Assembly (NCBI GenBank): GCA_013239625.1
Contig: MU053933.1
Coordinates: forward strand, 3,277,817 to 3,341,816
DNA length: 64,000 bases
Direction: 5' to 3'
Source: Lama guanicoe
Taxonomy: Eukaryota
In this document: one piece after another, positions 13,330 through 25,900 of the stretch
How the letters are laid out: each line of letters starts with the position of its first letter
How positions within the stretch are numbered: the stretch's first letter is position 1
Position numbers and translations under genes: made by a program
The notes under the pieces: model-generated
What the model was told of the DNA's origin: nothing
Databases searched by the model: none
The model's input: only the letters and a program-made list of their open reading frames with translations

Positions 13330-14230
13330 GATTGCGCCCCTGCAGACTTTGTGCGTGGAAGCCCCAACCTCCAGCACCTCAGAATGCAACCTTTGAGGGG
13401 ATAGGGTTTTCAAGAGATAATTAGGTTAAAATGAGGTTGTCAGGGTGAGCCCTAATCCGATACGACAGGCTGCCTTGTAAGGAGGGAAATTAGGGTGCAG
13501 ACGCTCAGACAGAAGACCATGCAAACGCAGAGAGGAGACAGACAGTCATCTATAAGCCGCGGGGTGTTTCCTGGTCCCGGGAGTGTCCCTGCCCCGTGGA
13601 GCACCCCTGCTGATGCAGCCGGCACTGCTACAGGGACGTCTGCACAGGTGAGGCTTCCAGGGTCCAGGCATGAGGTGACTCGCTGTGTGGTTTAACTCTA
13701 ACAAGGCTGAGGGGTGCCCAGGAAGCAGATAAAACATTCTTTGTGGGTGTGTCGGTGAGAGTGTCCCTGGAACAGATTAGCACTTGAGTCAGTAGACTGA
13801 GATCACCGTCACCAACGCAGAAGGACATTATCCGAGCAGAGCTCGACAGAGCGGAGAGGAAGAAGAAGGAATTTGCTCTCGCTGCCAGAACCAGGACGTG
13901 CACCTTCTCCTGCCCTTGGACACTGGTGCTCCTGGCTCTCAGGCCCCTGGGCTGGGGCTGAATTACACCGCCAGCTTCTCTGGGTCCCAGCTTGCAGAGG
14001 GCAGCCTGGGGTCTTTTTGGCCTCCATAACCACGTGGGCTGATTCCTACAGTAACCCTCCTCTTATGTATCTCTGTAGATAGACAGACAGATCTATATGA
14101 GGTACACTTCTGTAGAGGATCCTGGAGACCCACAGGCTGTACACAGGTGCGTCCGTGGACCTGCAGATGTTCATGTGCACAGAGCTATACACCCTATGGC
14201 CCTGTTTCTCTGGGAACCCTGACCAGTGGT
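13330..14230 (+). mobile_element. MLT1-like then MLT2-like LTR fragments
   Basis: taattaggttaaaatgagg...ccctaatccgatacgac (MLT1-like); gattagcacttgagtcagtagactga ... ctgtttctctgggaaccctgac (MLT2-like). Confidence 0.6.
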
Positions 14231-15374
14231 CCCACAGCCTGGAGGTGCAGAGCCGGTAATGGGCCCAGGCCCTCGGCATCCTTCCGGACCCTCCCAGTCC
14301 CACAACCTGCACCCTGTGCCTTCCTTGAGGACTCAGCCTGGCAGCCACCACCCCCGCCCTACACAGCCACAGGCTGCCGGGGTCAGGTCCCGGTGGTTCC
14401 TCTGTGAGGCTGGCTCCCTGGTGGATGCACTGCCAGCCCCCTAGACTCCAGCCAACACAGAAAGGAGGGGAAAGGACCTGTTTTGACTTTCGGGTTTTGA
14501 AACCTCAGTCCCTGAGGGAGCTCGAAGGACCTCAGGCAGAGTAGAAGATTCCGGAAAGATCCTGCTGTCGGGCGGAGCCTGGGGAAGGTGACCTCGGCAG
14601 GGAAGTGACGAGAGCCACCCACTTCCACACGGCAGAGCTGGAGTACAGGCCCCTCAGAAGGGCCACGCGCCCACAGCCTCCTGGCTTCCTGCACCTGGCT
14701 CAGGGTCAGAGCCAGAGAGGTGCCCGCGGTCCCTGAGAGGCCCCACGGAGAAAGCCAGGTGGCCTCTGGGGCCTGGGGGCTGGGCTCCGGCCCCCGCCAC
14801 CCCTCTGCCCCCAGGGGCCTCCCGGGAGTCTCTGCAGAGGGTCAGAGGATTCTCGATGGTGGAGATTGGCGGCCGTGGTCCCTGAGAAGCAGCCCTCGGA
14901 GCCACAGCCCTGTGCTCGGGAGGGACCCCCACCAACTCATCAACAAGGATTCAGGCCAAGTGTCCCCGAAGTGGGGTCCGACGTGCTGACGCAGCTGCTG
15001 TGGAGGGGACCCAGGGCGGGGCACCGTGCTGCCTGACCCCAGCCCTCGCAGTGGCCGGGGCGGATGAGGACGCAGGCCCCCGTGGGCCCGAGGGGCCCGG
15101 GCGGCTGCCCAGAGCCGCGCCAGGCCCGTAATTGGAAACAGACGTGCGTGTGACTCACAGGGAGCGGCGCCACTCCCCCCAGCTCACATGGGCCTCTTTG
15201 CGGGGCTCGCTTCCGGTGAGGCCCCGCCTGCTCTGGCTGACGTGTGTCAGCCACACAGCTGCTCTCGCCCAGCAGGGCTGTTCTAGAAGGCTCTGCGTCT
15301 CCCACGCACAACTGCCCTCCCTCCGGGAGGGAGGCGCAACTCCGCATCCCTCCGAGAGCAGCTGGCCAGACTCC

Positions 15375-15936
15375 ACACACGCGCACACACGTCCCTTACA
15401 CACACGCACACACACGTCCCTTACACACATCCCTTACACACACACACACACGTCCCTTACACACATCCCTTACACACACACACACACACGCCCCACACAC
15501 ACCCCCCACATGTACACACGTCCCTTACATACATGCACACATGTCCCCCCACACGCACACACGTCCTCCCGACACGCACACACGTTCCCCCACACACACG
15601 TCCCTTACATACACGCACACAAACACTTGTACGTGCACTTAGATGCATGCACAAGACGCACAGGCATTTTCACTTACATGCATACACACGCATATAAACA
15701 TACACATGCACATGCGTGCACACAGGTGTATGTATATGTACACACAGACTTTCACGTACATATATACATGCATGCATAAAGACACACATGCACATAACAC
15801 AAACATGCACACGTGTGCACACGTGTGTAGCTACGAACACATGGCTGTGTGTGCAGACACATGCACACATGTGTGCATGTACATATATAGTATGCATACA
15901 TGCACGCATGCATGTATACTTGCACACAGCACACAC
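15375..15936. repeat. CA/CAT-rich low-complexity tract with cacgtcccttacacac minisatellite units
   Basis: tcccttaca repeated seven times at 15392-15610, then alternating purine-pyrimidine sequence. Confidence 0.9.
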
Positions 15937-16344
15937 TACCGGCTCCTCACATCTGCAGGGCCCTGAGTCAATGAAGTGACCACTCAGGACTCCCAAGGCC
16001 CTGTCCCGGGCCCCTCTCCAGCGTGTGAGCACCATGGAGTGTGTCAGGGGAGCCCTGTGGGTTGTGTGTGCATCATAGGGTGTGAGCACTGTGGGGTGTG
16101 TGCACCATGGGGTTTGTCGGGTGTGCACTGTGGGGAGCACCAGGGAATGCACCCCTGACGCAGGACACGTGCCACCTGCTCCCAGACTCACACCATCTCC
16201 TGAGTGCCTGCTGTGTCCCGTCCTGGGTCACCCGCTCCTGTTCCCTGGAGGATGGTCAGGATGAACTGCCCTGGCCACAACCACATGGCCTCTAGCTTCC
16301 TGGCTCTAGAACCCACTACCAGGTGACTGGGGAGTGGCCATGAG

Positions 16345-17105
16345 CTTTTTTTTAAGTTGACGTAGAATTGATATAACTTTATATTAGTTTCAGGCACATG
16401 ATGTAATACGTTTTGACTCCCTTCACCCATTTTGCCCACCTCCCACCACCCACCTGAAGCAACCACCAATCTCCTCTCTGTATTCACGCGCTCGGGATTT
16501 TTGTTTAGTTTGGGTTTGGGTTTGGGTTTTTCGGATTCCACATATCAGTGAGGTCACGTGGAGTATTTGTCTTTCTCCTTTGACTTATCTCAGCATAATA
16601 TCCTCAGGTCCATCCATGTTCTCCCAGATGGCAAGACTGCATTCTTTTTTATGGCTGAATAATATTCCTCTGTGCACATATACTGCATTTCTTTATCTGT
16701 CACCCATCAAAGGACACTTCAGTTGCTCCCATGTCTTGGCAGCTGTAAATAGCAGTGCCATGAGTGTGGGGCTGCAGGTGAATCTTGCTGAGTTACTGTT
16801 TCCATTTCCCTGGATAAGTACCCAGAAGTGGGATTGCTGGATTACATGGTGGTTTTACTTTCAGTTTTTTAAGGAACCTTCATATTGTTTTCCGCCGTGG
16901 CTGCAATTCGCATCCTCACAGCAGCGGACACAGGGCCCTTTGCCGCGTTCCCGCCAGCACTGGCTGTTTCCTGTCTTTGATACTAGACATCCTAACGGGT
17001 GTGAGGTGATTTCTCCCTGAGGTTTTGGCTGCGTTTCCCAGATGGCTAGGGATGCTGAGCACCTCTCCATGGACCTGCTGGCCACCTGTGTGTCTTCCTT
17101 GGACC
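16345..17105 (-). mobile_element. L1 3' end, antisense
   Basis: ttccacatatcagtgag, tggctgaataatattcc, cccagaagtgggattgctgga. Confidence 0.85.
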
Positions 17106-17329
17106 ATGAGCTTCTCACTGGGAGCTAGGAGCAATTCCGTGGGTGCCTGGTGGGTGCTGGCCCCTGAGTCCAGGGGGGTCAGAAAACAGCAGCTAAACGT
17201 GCAGATGCAGAGAGACTGCCAGCCTTGCAAGGACTTGGCAGAAGGGGACCCCAGGGAGAGGATTCATCTACGAACTGCAGCTTAGCCCACAGTCTGAGAG
17301 AGAAACATCCAGGAGCCTCTGCTGCTGCT

Positions 17330-17640
17330 CCCATGCTGACGTCAAGGGCGGCTGGGCCGGGCTGCAAGCCAGAGGCTCAGGGACCCTCTTCCAGGCTCAT
17401 TTGGTTGGTGGCTGAATTCAGTTTCCTGAAGCTGCAGGACAAGTTCTGGCCGCTGTTGGCTGGGGCTGCTCTCAGTTCCTTCCACGCACCCCCCCCCCAT
17501 TTCCACAGCTGAGAACCTCCCCTCTTCTGCTCCATCCAGAGAAAACTCAGCTCTGTAAGGGCCGGGTGTCAGGTCAGGCCACCTGGATGGTCTCCCATCC
17601 TAAGGTCAACTGACTGGCAACCTTAATCACATCTGCAGAC
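17330..17640 (-). mobile_element. MLT1-type LTR fragment
   Basis: ttccaggctcatt...gaattcagtttcctg; taaggtcaactgactggcaaccttaatcacatctgca. Confidence 0.6.
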
Positions 17641-20600
17641 ATGATGTGGCGCTCAGGCCTGGCTCAGGATTCTGCTCTGCTGGACAGAGCTGGACTCAGT
17701 GGGGTGCCAGGAAGGGCAGGTTTCCTGGGGCAGCAAGACCAGAGGTGGCAGGAGCCAATGCAGACACCACATGGCCCCCAAAGACCTCCTGGGGCTTAAA
17801 GTGACCGGAGGGAGGAGGAGACCCAAAGGCATCAGCCACGTGATTTCGTCCCCCGGGTACCGGACGCAGAGAGCCTGTGCTGCAGCAAATGTGGCATTTG
17901 TTCCCACCGTTACTCACAAACGGCCCAAATTCCTTCCTGATAAATTTGCTGTGACACATTCATCCGGACCCAACCACCTTCAGAACATTTTCTCTGAGTG
18001 ACGAATATGGCTCAGCTGCCCAGGTTCTGGAAAGTGTTGTTACAGGAACCACAGAGGCCAGGTCAGCTGGCCCCAGGGGAAGGCGGTGGCCGTGTCTCTC
18101 CCTAGACATGTGACACTTCCCCCAGGCCGCACAGGAGACCCCTGGTCCCCAACCCTAGGGCCTGAGAGGTGGGCTGGTGGTGGGGAGGGGGAGGGGATCC
18201 CTGCCGCAGCATCTCTGCTGTGGTGGGGGCTGGTGGGCTGGCCAGTCACCCCGTCTCTGGCATCCAGAATCCTGGCACGTCCTTCGCCCACGGTGCCTGG
18301 GCCAACAGCAGCTGGCTTGGAGCCCCGCACGCCTTCCAGCCCCAGGCAGCAGGCGCCCGTGCGGTGAGAGGCCCTGACGCCCGGGGCAGCCGTGGACATA
18401 GTCACCGTCAGCGGTCAGTAGCCGGGACCGCATCTGGAAGGAGAGTCGCCCAAGGACACTTGAGCAGGGCCCGGTGTGGACAGTGGCCCCAACCTAAGGG
18501 GCTGGGAGAGCAGGGACCCCCAACCTCGAGGGCATGTGGATCTAACCGGCCCAGCACCAGGACGGAGTGATGAGGTCGACCGAGTTTCCCCCGGCAGCGT
18601 ACTGGGCGGCGATGCCCTCTGGCCTGTTCCCGTGCTCTCTGGGTGGAGCCCCTCACGGGGGATGGAGACCTGCTGCTGATGGACGGGGCAGCTGCTGGGC
18701 TCACGGACCGTGTCACACAACAGGTCCACCCACTTCCTGGGTGGGGAGACGGAGGCAACACAGGGCCAGTGGCTGGCCTCGGGTTGTTCAGCGAAGAGTG
18801 GGGGCCCCATGAGCCTGGCCCCTGTCAGTGCCATGTGCGGGCAGAGGTCAGAGGGCGTGGGCACTGAGGCTGGACTCTGGGGGCCTTTGAGAAGCGACAG
18901 GGATCCCTGACCACTGTGAGGGCTCTCGGAGCCGGTGGAAGGTGGGCTCCAGAAAGAGCCGACCAGGTTGGGGCTTCAGCATGAGCCAGGCACGTATGAC
19001 AGCAACAGGCCACTCCAGGATAGGCGGGCAGCCAGGGCCACAGACCCTGGGGGCCTCCAGCCCAGCCAGACCCTTCAGACCCTCACCAGCCGGACCCCAG
19101 CTTGGAAAGGTGGCGGAGGCGACCAGGTTGCTTCATGCTCAGGTCCCCGGGCGGGGCGTGGGGGTGGAGGGTCTCTCTCTGTAGAAGCATTGTCCTCTCG
19201 TGAGCCCTGGACCACACCTGCCTCCCCAGCAGATGAGAGCAGTGCCCGCCAGCACCCCTCCCGCACCTGCCACCATGTGCACACATGCGGAGGGTTAAGT
19301 GTGTGGAGCAACATGTTGTTGAACTGCCTTATCCTCATGCAAGTGGCCCCGGGGTGGTGATGAGGAAGTCCTGGTCAGCGCGGCCCGACACCTCCTGCGC
19401 CATGCAAGGGGGCATGGTGGCCACTGCAGCTTGAGCCGCTCCGGCCGTGGGAGTCCTTATCTGAGGAGAAATCGGTAGGGCTCTTGTGGCGTTCCAGAAA
19501 ATCCCACCCCATGATTCCCCTGAGCTCTGGGATCTGCTTTCTTGAAGTCCCTTCCAACTCGCAAATCTGTCCCCGTCGCCAGCCACAGAGCCAGCCCACC
19601 CTCGCCATGCACATCTGCAGGAATTCACGCTGCAGCTCATGTGTCCTGCGTCCCAAGGCTGCTACCCCTCAGACAAGCTGGTTCTGTTCAGGGCTGGATT
19701 TGTCAGACAACGTGAAACTTTCTTCCTGCCAGAAAGTGGTTTCATCGAAGGAAGGGACTCTTCTCTTTGGCTGCTGTCTCTGGGTCCCCCTCCCAGAGTC
19801 AGCCCGCGGAGACGGGAGGGGCCAGGAGGCGGCAACAGTGGGCACCAACCAGCGAGTAGAAGAGACCCAGCAGGGCCCCAAACTGGCTGTCACAGCTCCC
19901 ACCCTTCCCAGGTGCAGGGAACCGCAGTGCGAGTGGGGCGGGGTGCGCGAGCCCTGAGTCCTGGCCCCACAGCGGCAGAGCTGGGGGCAGGGGCTGTGAA
20001 ATGGGACTCCCCCCAGGTGGCCCCTGAGGTCCTTCCCAGGCGGAGTTCCTAATTTGGGGGGAACGTTTTATTTAAGATGCTGGGGGGGTTCTTCTGCTTC
20101 CTAACCGCCCCGTATAGGGCAGCGGGCATCTATGCAGTAGCAGCCTGACTTTGAGATTCAGTGTCCAATTCCTGGGCCTAAGTCATCCCAGGTCAGCTTT
20201 GGCCCCAGGCCTCACAGTCCAGCTCTGGGAGAGGACCCAGGGCCCTGTCTCAAGCTCTGTGGTGTCCCCTCCCCTCTCATGCAATGTGTGACCAGCTCTG
20301 CACTCACCCTGCCCTGTGGCCACCATCAGTCACCTCTGCCCTTTCCCCAGGACTTCTCCTGGGAGGTGATGGACACTGCTGCCCCTGTGGTCCCGGCAGT
20401 CTGCACCTGCACACTCCCCCGATCCTGGAGGTGCAGCCCTGCGGGACGAGTGGGGAGGAGAGGGCTGCCAACCAGAGGAGCTGACCCACACAGTGACAAG
20501 AGCAGAGGTGGGCCCAGGCAGGAACAAGCCACCATGTGGGCGGGAAAGTGGGGACCCTGTGGGAGTGCTCCCAGGGTCACTGCCGAGCTTGAGTGCTCAT

Positions 20601-21089
20601 TTCTAGTAATGTGAGAACAGAGCTGCTCAGGATGGACGCTGGGTATCGCTACAAGCGTTCCTGGCTCTTCTCCTATTCATTCCGTGCGGGACGCCAGATG
20701 TGCTTCCAGAGTTCAGCTGGACCAGTTTCACACAGTCCTGCCGACCAGCACGCACATGCCCGCAGTGGTGCTGGCACCCGCCCAGTGAGCTTGGAAGATG
20801 CCTGGGGGCCAAGACACACACAACACTGTCCTGACCCTGGAGCCCCGCAGTCACTTAACGCAGGACAACTCGCCTGGCGTGAGGGCTAGGAAGAGCCCCT
20901 TTGACAGAGAAGCCACAGCTCGGGTGGCTCACAGGGCACAGGTGTGACTGGCCACTTGTGTGCCTTGGCCCTGTCATCTCGGGCGACCCGGAGGCACTGA
21001 CCTCCCCAACGGATTGGCCTGTTCATCATCTCAGAGAGACAGACAGACCCGGCCATGTGGGAGGTCAGGCTCAAATACACCAGCCCTGA

Positions 21090-22990
21090 AGAAGAAACAG
21101 GCAAGTGAAAGATAAAATCAACAAAACAAAAAGCTGATTGTTTGAAAAGATCAATAAATTTGATAAAACTCTAAGTATACTGATTTTTAAAAAGAAATCA
21201 CAAATTATTAACATCGGGAATGAAAGAGAAGACATCACTACAGATCCAACAGACATCTGATAGACAATCAAGAGATACAGCGATGGGGGAGGGGGTACCT
21301 GCGCAAGGTCCTGGGTTCAATCCCCGGCACCTCCATTAAAAATAAATAAACTTTCTTTTTTAAAAGAAATACGATGACAACCTATTTAGCTGATGAGAGA
21401 AGAAAGAAGCATGAGCAGAATCTTCCCCAAACTGCCAACACAGTAGGAATCACACTCGCAAGACCCTGGGCTTGCAGATTTGAACCTTGTTTTATTGCTG
21501 GTCCTTAAACAATAATGTATAGAATTCTTCTCTCTCCACCTCATTTTCAAAAAAAAGACGGGGAAAGAAAAAAAGAAATAGGATGACCATCTTTATGCCA
21601 ATAAATTTAGACAACTTATAAGAAATAAACAAATTTCTTGACAGACACAAGTTTTTCTAAACTAACTCAAGAAGAAATAGTCCTATATTAATTAAGGCAA
21701 TTAAATTAATTATCTGAGTGGGCTTCACTGGAGAATTCTATCAAATATTTCTAAAAGAAGTAACATCAATCCTGTATAAATTCCTTCAAAATACAGAGGA
21801 AAAGTAAACATTTCACAACTCATTTCATGAGACCAGCATTACTCTGATACCAAAAGCAGACGAAAATATTAAAAGGAAAGCAATGAAAGACACAGACCCA
21901 CATCCCTCCTGAGAATAGACACAAAAATCCTTAGCAAAACGTTCACAGATTGAACCTACTACTTTCAGAAAAAGACAAAGTGAGGGAGAACCAGCGACAC
22001 ACCGGTCTTCACAGAAGCATAACCCTAGGTTTGAATTGCACCGACTGCTGACTGGAAAAAAGCGATCTGCCCCTGAACTAAGCGCCCACCAGAATAAAAT
22101 CAACTCCTATAAGAAGGAAGCGAGCGTTAAGAAGCCCCTCTATCGTCTTTCACAAGTAAAGTCCAACATTTAATTTTAAAAAATCACCAGGTCAGTCAAG
22201 AGACAGGACTACATGGCTATACAGTTAAATAAAAAAACAAGAGAAATCGATCCACAAGCGGTCCTGGCTTTGGAGTTACCGTACATGAACTTCAAAGTAA
22301 ATGTGATTAACATCTCAAGAAAATGGAAGGTGAGCTAGAGAACTGAAGAAGAGAACTGTAATCTATAAATTGAAGAGAAAGTGGAAATTCTGAAACTTAA
22401 AAATACAGTAACAAGTAGTAAAAACAGAGTGAATGGGATTAACAGCAGGTTGGACACAGCAGAAGGGAGGGTAAATTCATTGGAAAATAGGTCAGTAGAA
22501 AATGGTCAAGACTGAGGACAAATTAAAAACAGAAAGCAAATACAGAAAAGAGCAGTAGAGACACATATAATGTAACAACAGTGTCTCACGTATGTGAAAT
22601 TTAAGGCACAAATGGAGAATGAAGACAGTGTGGCAGAGGCAATACTTGAAGAGAGAATAACCAAGAATTTTCTGAAACTGACAAAAGATACCTACCACAG
22701 ATTCAAAAACAGAAACCTGCACGTGCCCCGCAGGGTTGCTCTTTGCATTCACCTGTATATCTATAGATACAGGTACACCGCAGGGAAGCTGCTGTAAACC
22801 AGAGGCAGCGGAGCACCTAGGAGCAGCTGGGGAGCAGAGGCTGCTGTCCTCCAAGGAGCAGGAGGGCAGATTTCCCTCAAGGCTGGGAGCCCGAGGACAA
22901 CGGAACGCCATCTTTCTCATCCCACTGAGATGGAATTCTTCCCTAGGGCAATAGCCTTCATAGCCGAAGTTTAAATAAAAAGTTTTGAGA
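21090..22990 (+). mobile_element. Fragmented old L1 (ORF2 and ORF1-like pieces) with nested insertions
   Basis: aaaatcaacaaaacaaaaagctgattgtttgaaaagatcaataaa; cagcattactctgataccaaaa. Confidence 0.7.
21285..21363 (+). mobile_element. Internally deleted tRNA-derived SINE (camelid vic-1-like)
   Basis: gggggaggg...ggtcctgggttcaatccccggcacctccattaaaaataaataaa (B box present). Confidence 0.65.
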
Positions 22991-25900
22991 CACGTGAAAA
23001 CTGAGAAGATACACTGCACCAAACTGAACACTCCGGGCGTGACGGTCGGCAGCCCCCCAGGCGGCCCGGTGGCCCTGGGAGCGGGGCGGCGGTCCTCCAC
23101 AGCCGGGCCCGCAGCGGGCTGCCGGGGGCCTGCTCTGCGTCCTGCGCCCTGCTGCACCTTTTGAATTCTGCACAGGGAGCAGGCATTATCTCTCCAAAAT
23201 AAATTTTAAAATATCACAAACATTCAATGTCAAACATTAGCAATTTTTTTAGTTAGTAAAAACTTACAAAGCAGTGCAGAGTAACCATACACACAACTGA
23301 CCAAGAGAACACTCCTGCGTGTGGACACACGCTGCTCCCGCATCAGACAGAGGCCCCGGGGGGAGAGCCAGGCCCCAGACCCGCCCCGCTGTCTCCCTCG
23401 GCAGCGAGCGAGCGCGAGTGGGTCCCAGCGCCACTGTCCACTCACCCGGCACCACGTCTCCATCGTCGCCTGTGCAGCAGGACCACCGAGAGCAGAGGCC
23501 ACAACCTCTGCAGTGCTTCGCCTTCCTCCAGCCTTCCGTCCTGGTCCGCGTGTCTTGCTTTGACCCACGCAAGCAGGGCTGAGTTCCTAGAGAGGCCTCC
23601 GGGGGAGAGCCGACAGCCAGCCCCACAGGACCCACCAGGAGCTGTGAGTAACGTGGCCCTGGATCGTCCAGCCCCCGCCCAGCCTTCACTGACTGCCCCC
23701 CTGCGTGGGCTCAGGTGAACCGCCCTGCTGAGCCCAGCCCAGTGCCACCCCACCCACAATGAGCAAGTACACTAGGTGCTGCTTTAAGCCATTAAGTGTG
23801 GGGATGGTTTGTATGGGACGCAGGTAACAACTCAGGCATGGAGGTGGTGGGGGGGCAGCAGTGGGGAAGGGACGGAGGGGGTCGCCTTGTGGCGACGGCC
23901 GCTGCAGACCGCCTAAGTCACCTTAGAGAGATTACACTTTGTCTAATATGGTTTTTGTGAAAAATTTTGTGTCCCAGTTCTTTGAAACTATGCAGTGCCT
24001 TGGGAATTACTTACACCTCTGAGAACCCTGTGAGAGCTGTGGGCCTCCTCCCAGGAAAATGCCCGCGGGCAAGGTTCTGCTCAGACTGTGGGGGCACGGA
24101 GTCCAGCCCCCAGCGAGAGGCCCCAGGTGGGGCCGCCAGTCGATCGCACACCCCGACAGGCCAGGCGGACCCTGGGGTGTGTGTCAGGGCGGCCCTCCTG
24201 TGCCCCCAGAAGCTGAAGGGACATCCCGGGGACCCTCTCAGCTCAGTGCAGCCCAGCTGGTCAGAGGAGGTGTAAATATTTTGAAGCATTTTGTAAACTA
24301 AGTTCATGTAGTTTAGATGCACTCAGAGGTGGTGGAGGGGAAAACCCACCACCACTGGGCAGGACGTTCAAAGACCTTCAGTTTTTCTCCCACACCTGTC
24401 CTCCTCGTGAGCACCCGTCTCCTGTCTCAGAGGCTCCCGTGACACAGGCCTGCATCGGGCCTGGCGAGGGGAGCTTGGTGGACACCACCTGGGGACTGCT
24501 GCCCTCCAGCCACCTCACTTCCCAGAAGTAGCCACAGGCCCCAGGCCGGACACACAGGGTGTGAAGACCCCAGGGGCACCGCGTGGCTGGGCTGGGTCCA
24601 CTGGACACTCACAGACCCTTGCCACCAGGGGCAGCTCGGGAACCGGCCTTCCCGCCACCCGGTACACCGCAAGCAGGCCCCTCCCCAGGGCATGGCCTCC
24701 ATCCTGGCTCCCATGGGAGATGTGAACTGCGGGCCACGCAAATTCTCACAGTGCCCTGAGTCATCATGGGAGCAGCGCTCCGCAGCCCAATGCCAGGCAA
24801 GAGACTTCAGACTAGTGACGTAGCTTCGGCCTAAAACGACAAAGCCCCTGCTCTACGCCGACTTGGAGCCCTCACATTGACGCTGACTCCAGGGCATTGC
24901 CTGTCAGCGGCGGGGGTTGTAATTCCGGGGTTGTCCCTGGAGAGCGGAGAATTACTCCATCCGCTCCAGGAGTGAGCAAAGGAAATGTGGGCACACAGTC
25001 ATCTCTAAGATGCATCTCTGAGGCCAAGGGCAATGCCCGCCACCCGGCCCCGCCCCACCAGATGCACTGAGCACCGGAAAGCCGGGAAAGCCATGGAGGG
25101 CCTGTGCACCTGGAACCACCGAGGACAGGCGGGTGGAGAAGGAAGGGGCACTTTCCAGTTCTCCTCCGCTGGGCCAGTGCGGGGCGGCAGCCAGACACAG
25201 CTCCTTCCCCCTCTGAAGGCTCACAGGTGTCTCTCCTTAGCACCCGCCAGTCTCCCAGGCGTCAAAGTGTATCTGTGCTGCTCACCCTCACACTGTCCCC
25301 CACAAATGGGACTGAAAGCAGTGAAAAGGTGTCATCTGACCCAGGCATCTCGGGTGCTGAGAGCACCGGGCTGCAGACCTCAGCAGGGCAGAGAGGCTGC
25401 CAGGGCCCCGGACCCGGGACTTCTGGCTGAGGCACAGCTCACCCTGGGGGCCCCCATATCCCTCTGCCCCTCGGAATCCCTGAGCTGCCCACCTCTGCCT
25501 GCAGGAACAGCCGGGCAGGAGCCAGTGTGGGCGCTGGTGTGACCGTGAGTCCCACGTCCCCGAGGATGAACGGTCAGCCATCTTCAGTCTGCACGCGGCA
25601 CTGAGCGGGCGGGCACAGACCGAGCCCCCCACCGTGGTTCTGGAACGTCAGACGAGCCCCTCTCGACAAGTCGAGGAAAACTAACCTGGGACTGACGAGG
25701 GGAGGCTCTTCTGGCCCAAGAGACAGTAAAGGCCTGAGTTCGATGCCCCCAGGGCTGCCTAAATAAAGCCACAGCAGGGGCCCCGGGGGTTCCGGTTTCA
25801 CCACTGCAGTTTGAGGTCAGCTGCACACCATGCAGATGCCCAGTCACCCCCGCAGCCGAGGTGGGCTGGGCCCAGAGGGCAATTCTGAGGGTCTCCTATG

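Noticed and set aside
15132..16191. His/Thr- and Cys/Val-rich ORFs
   Set aside because: Translations of the CA-rich simple repeat.
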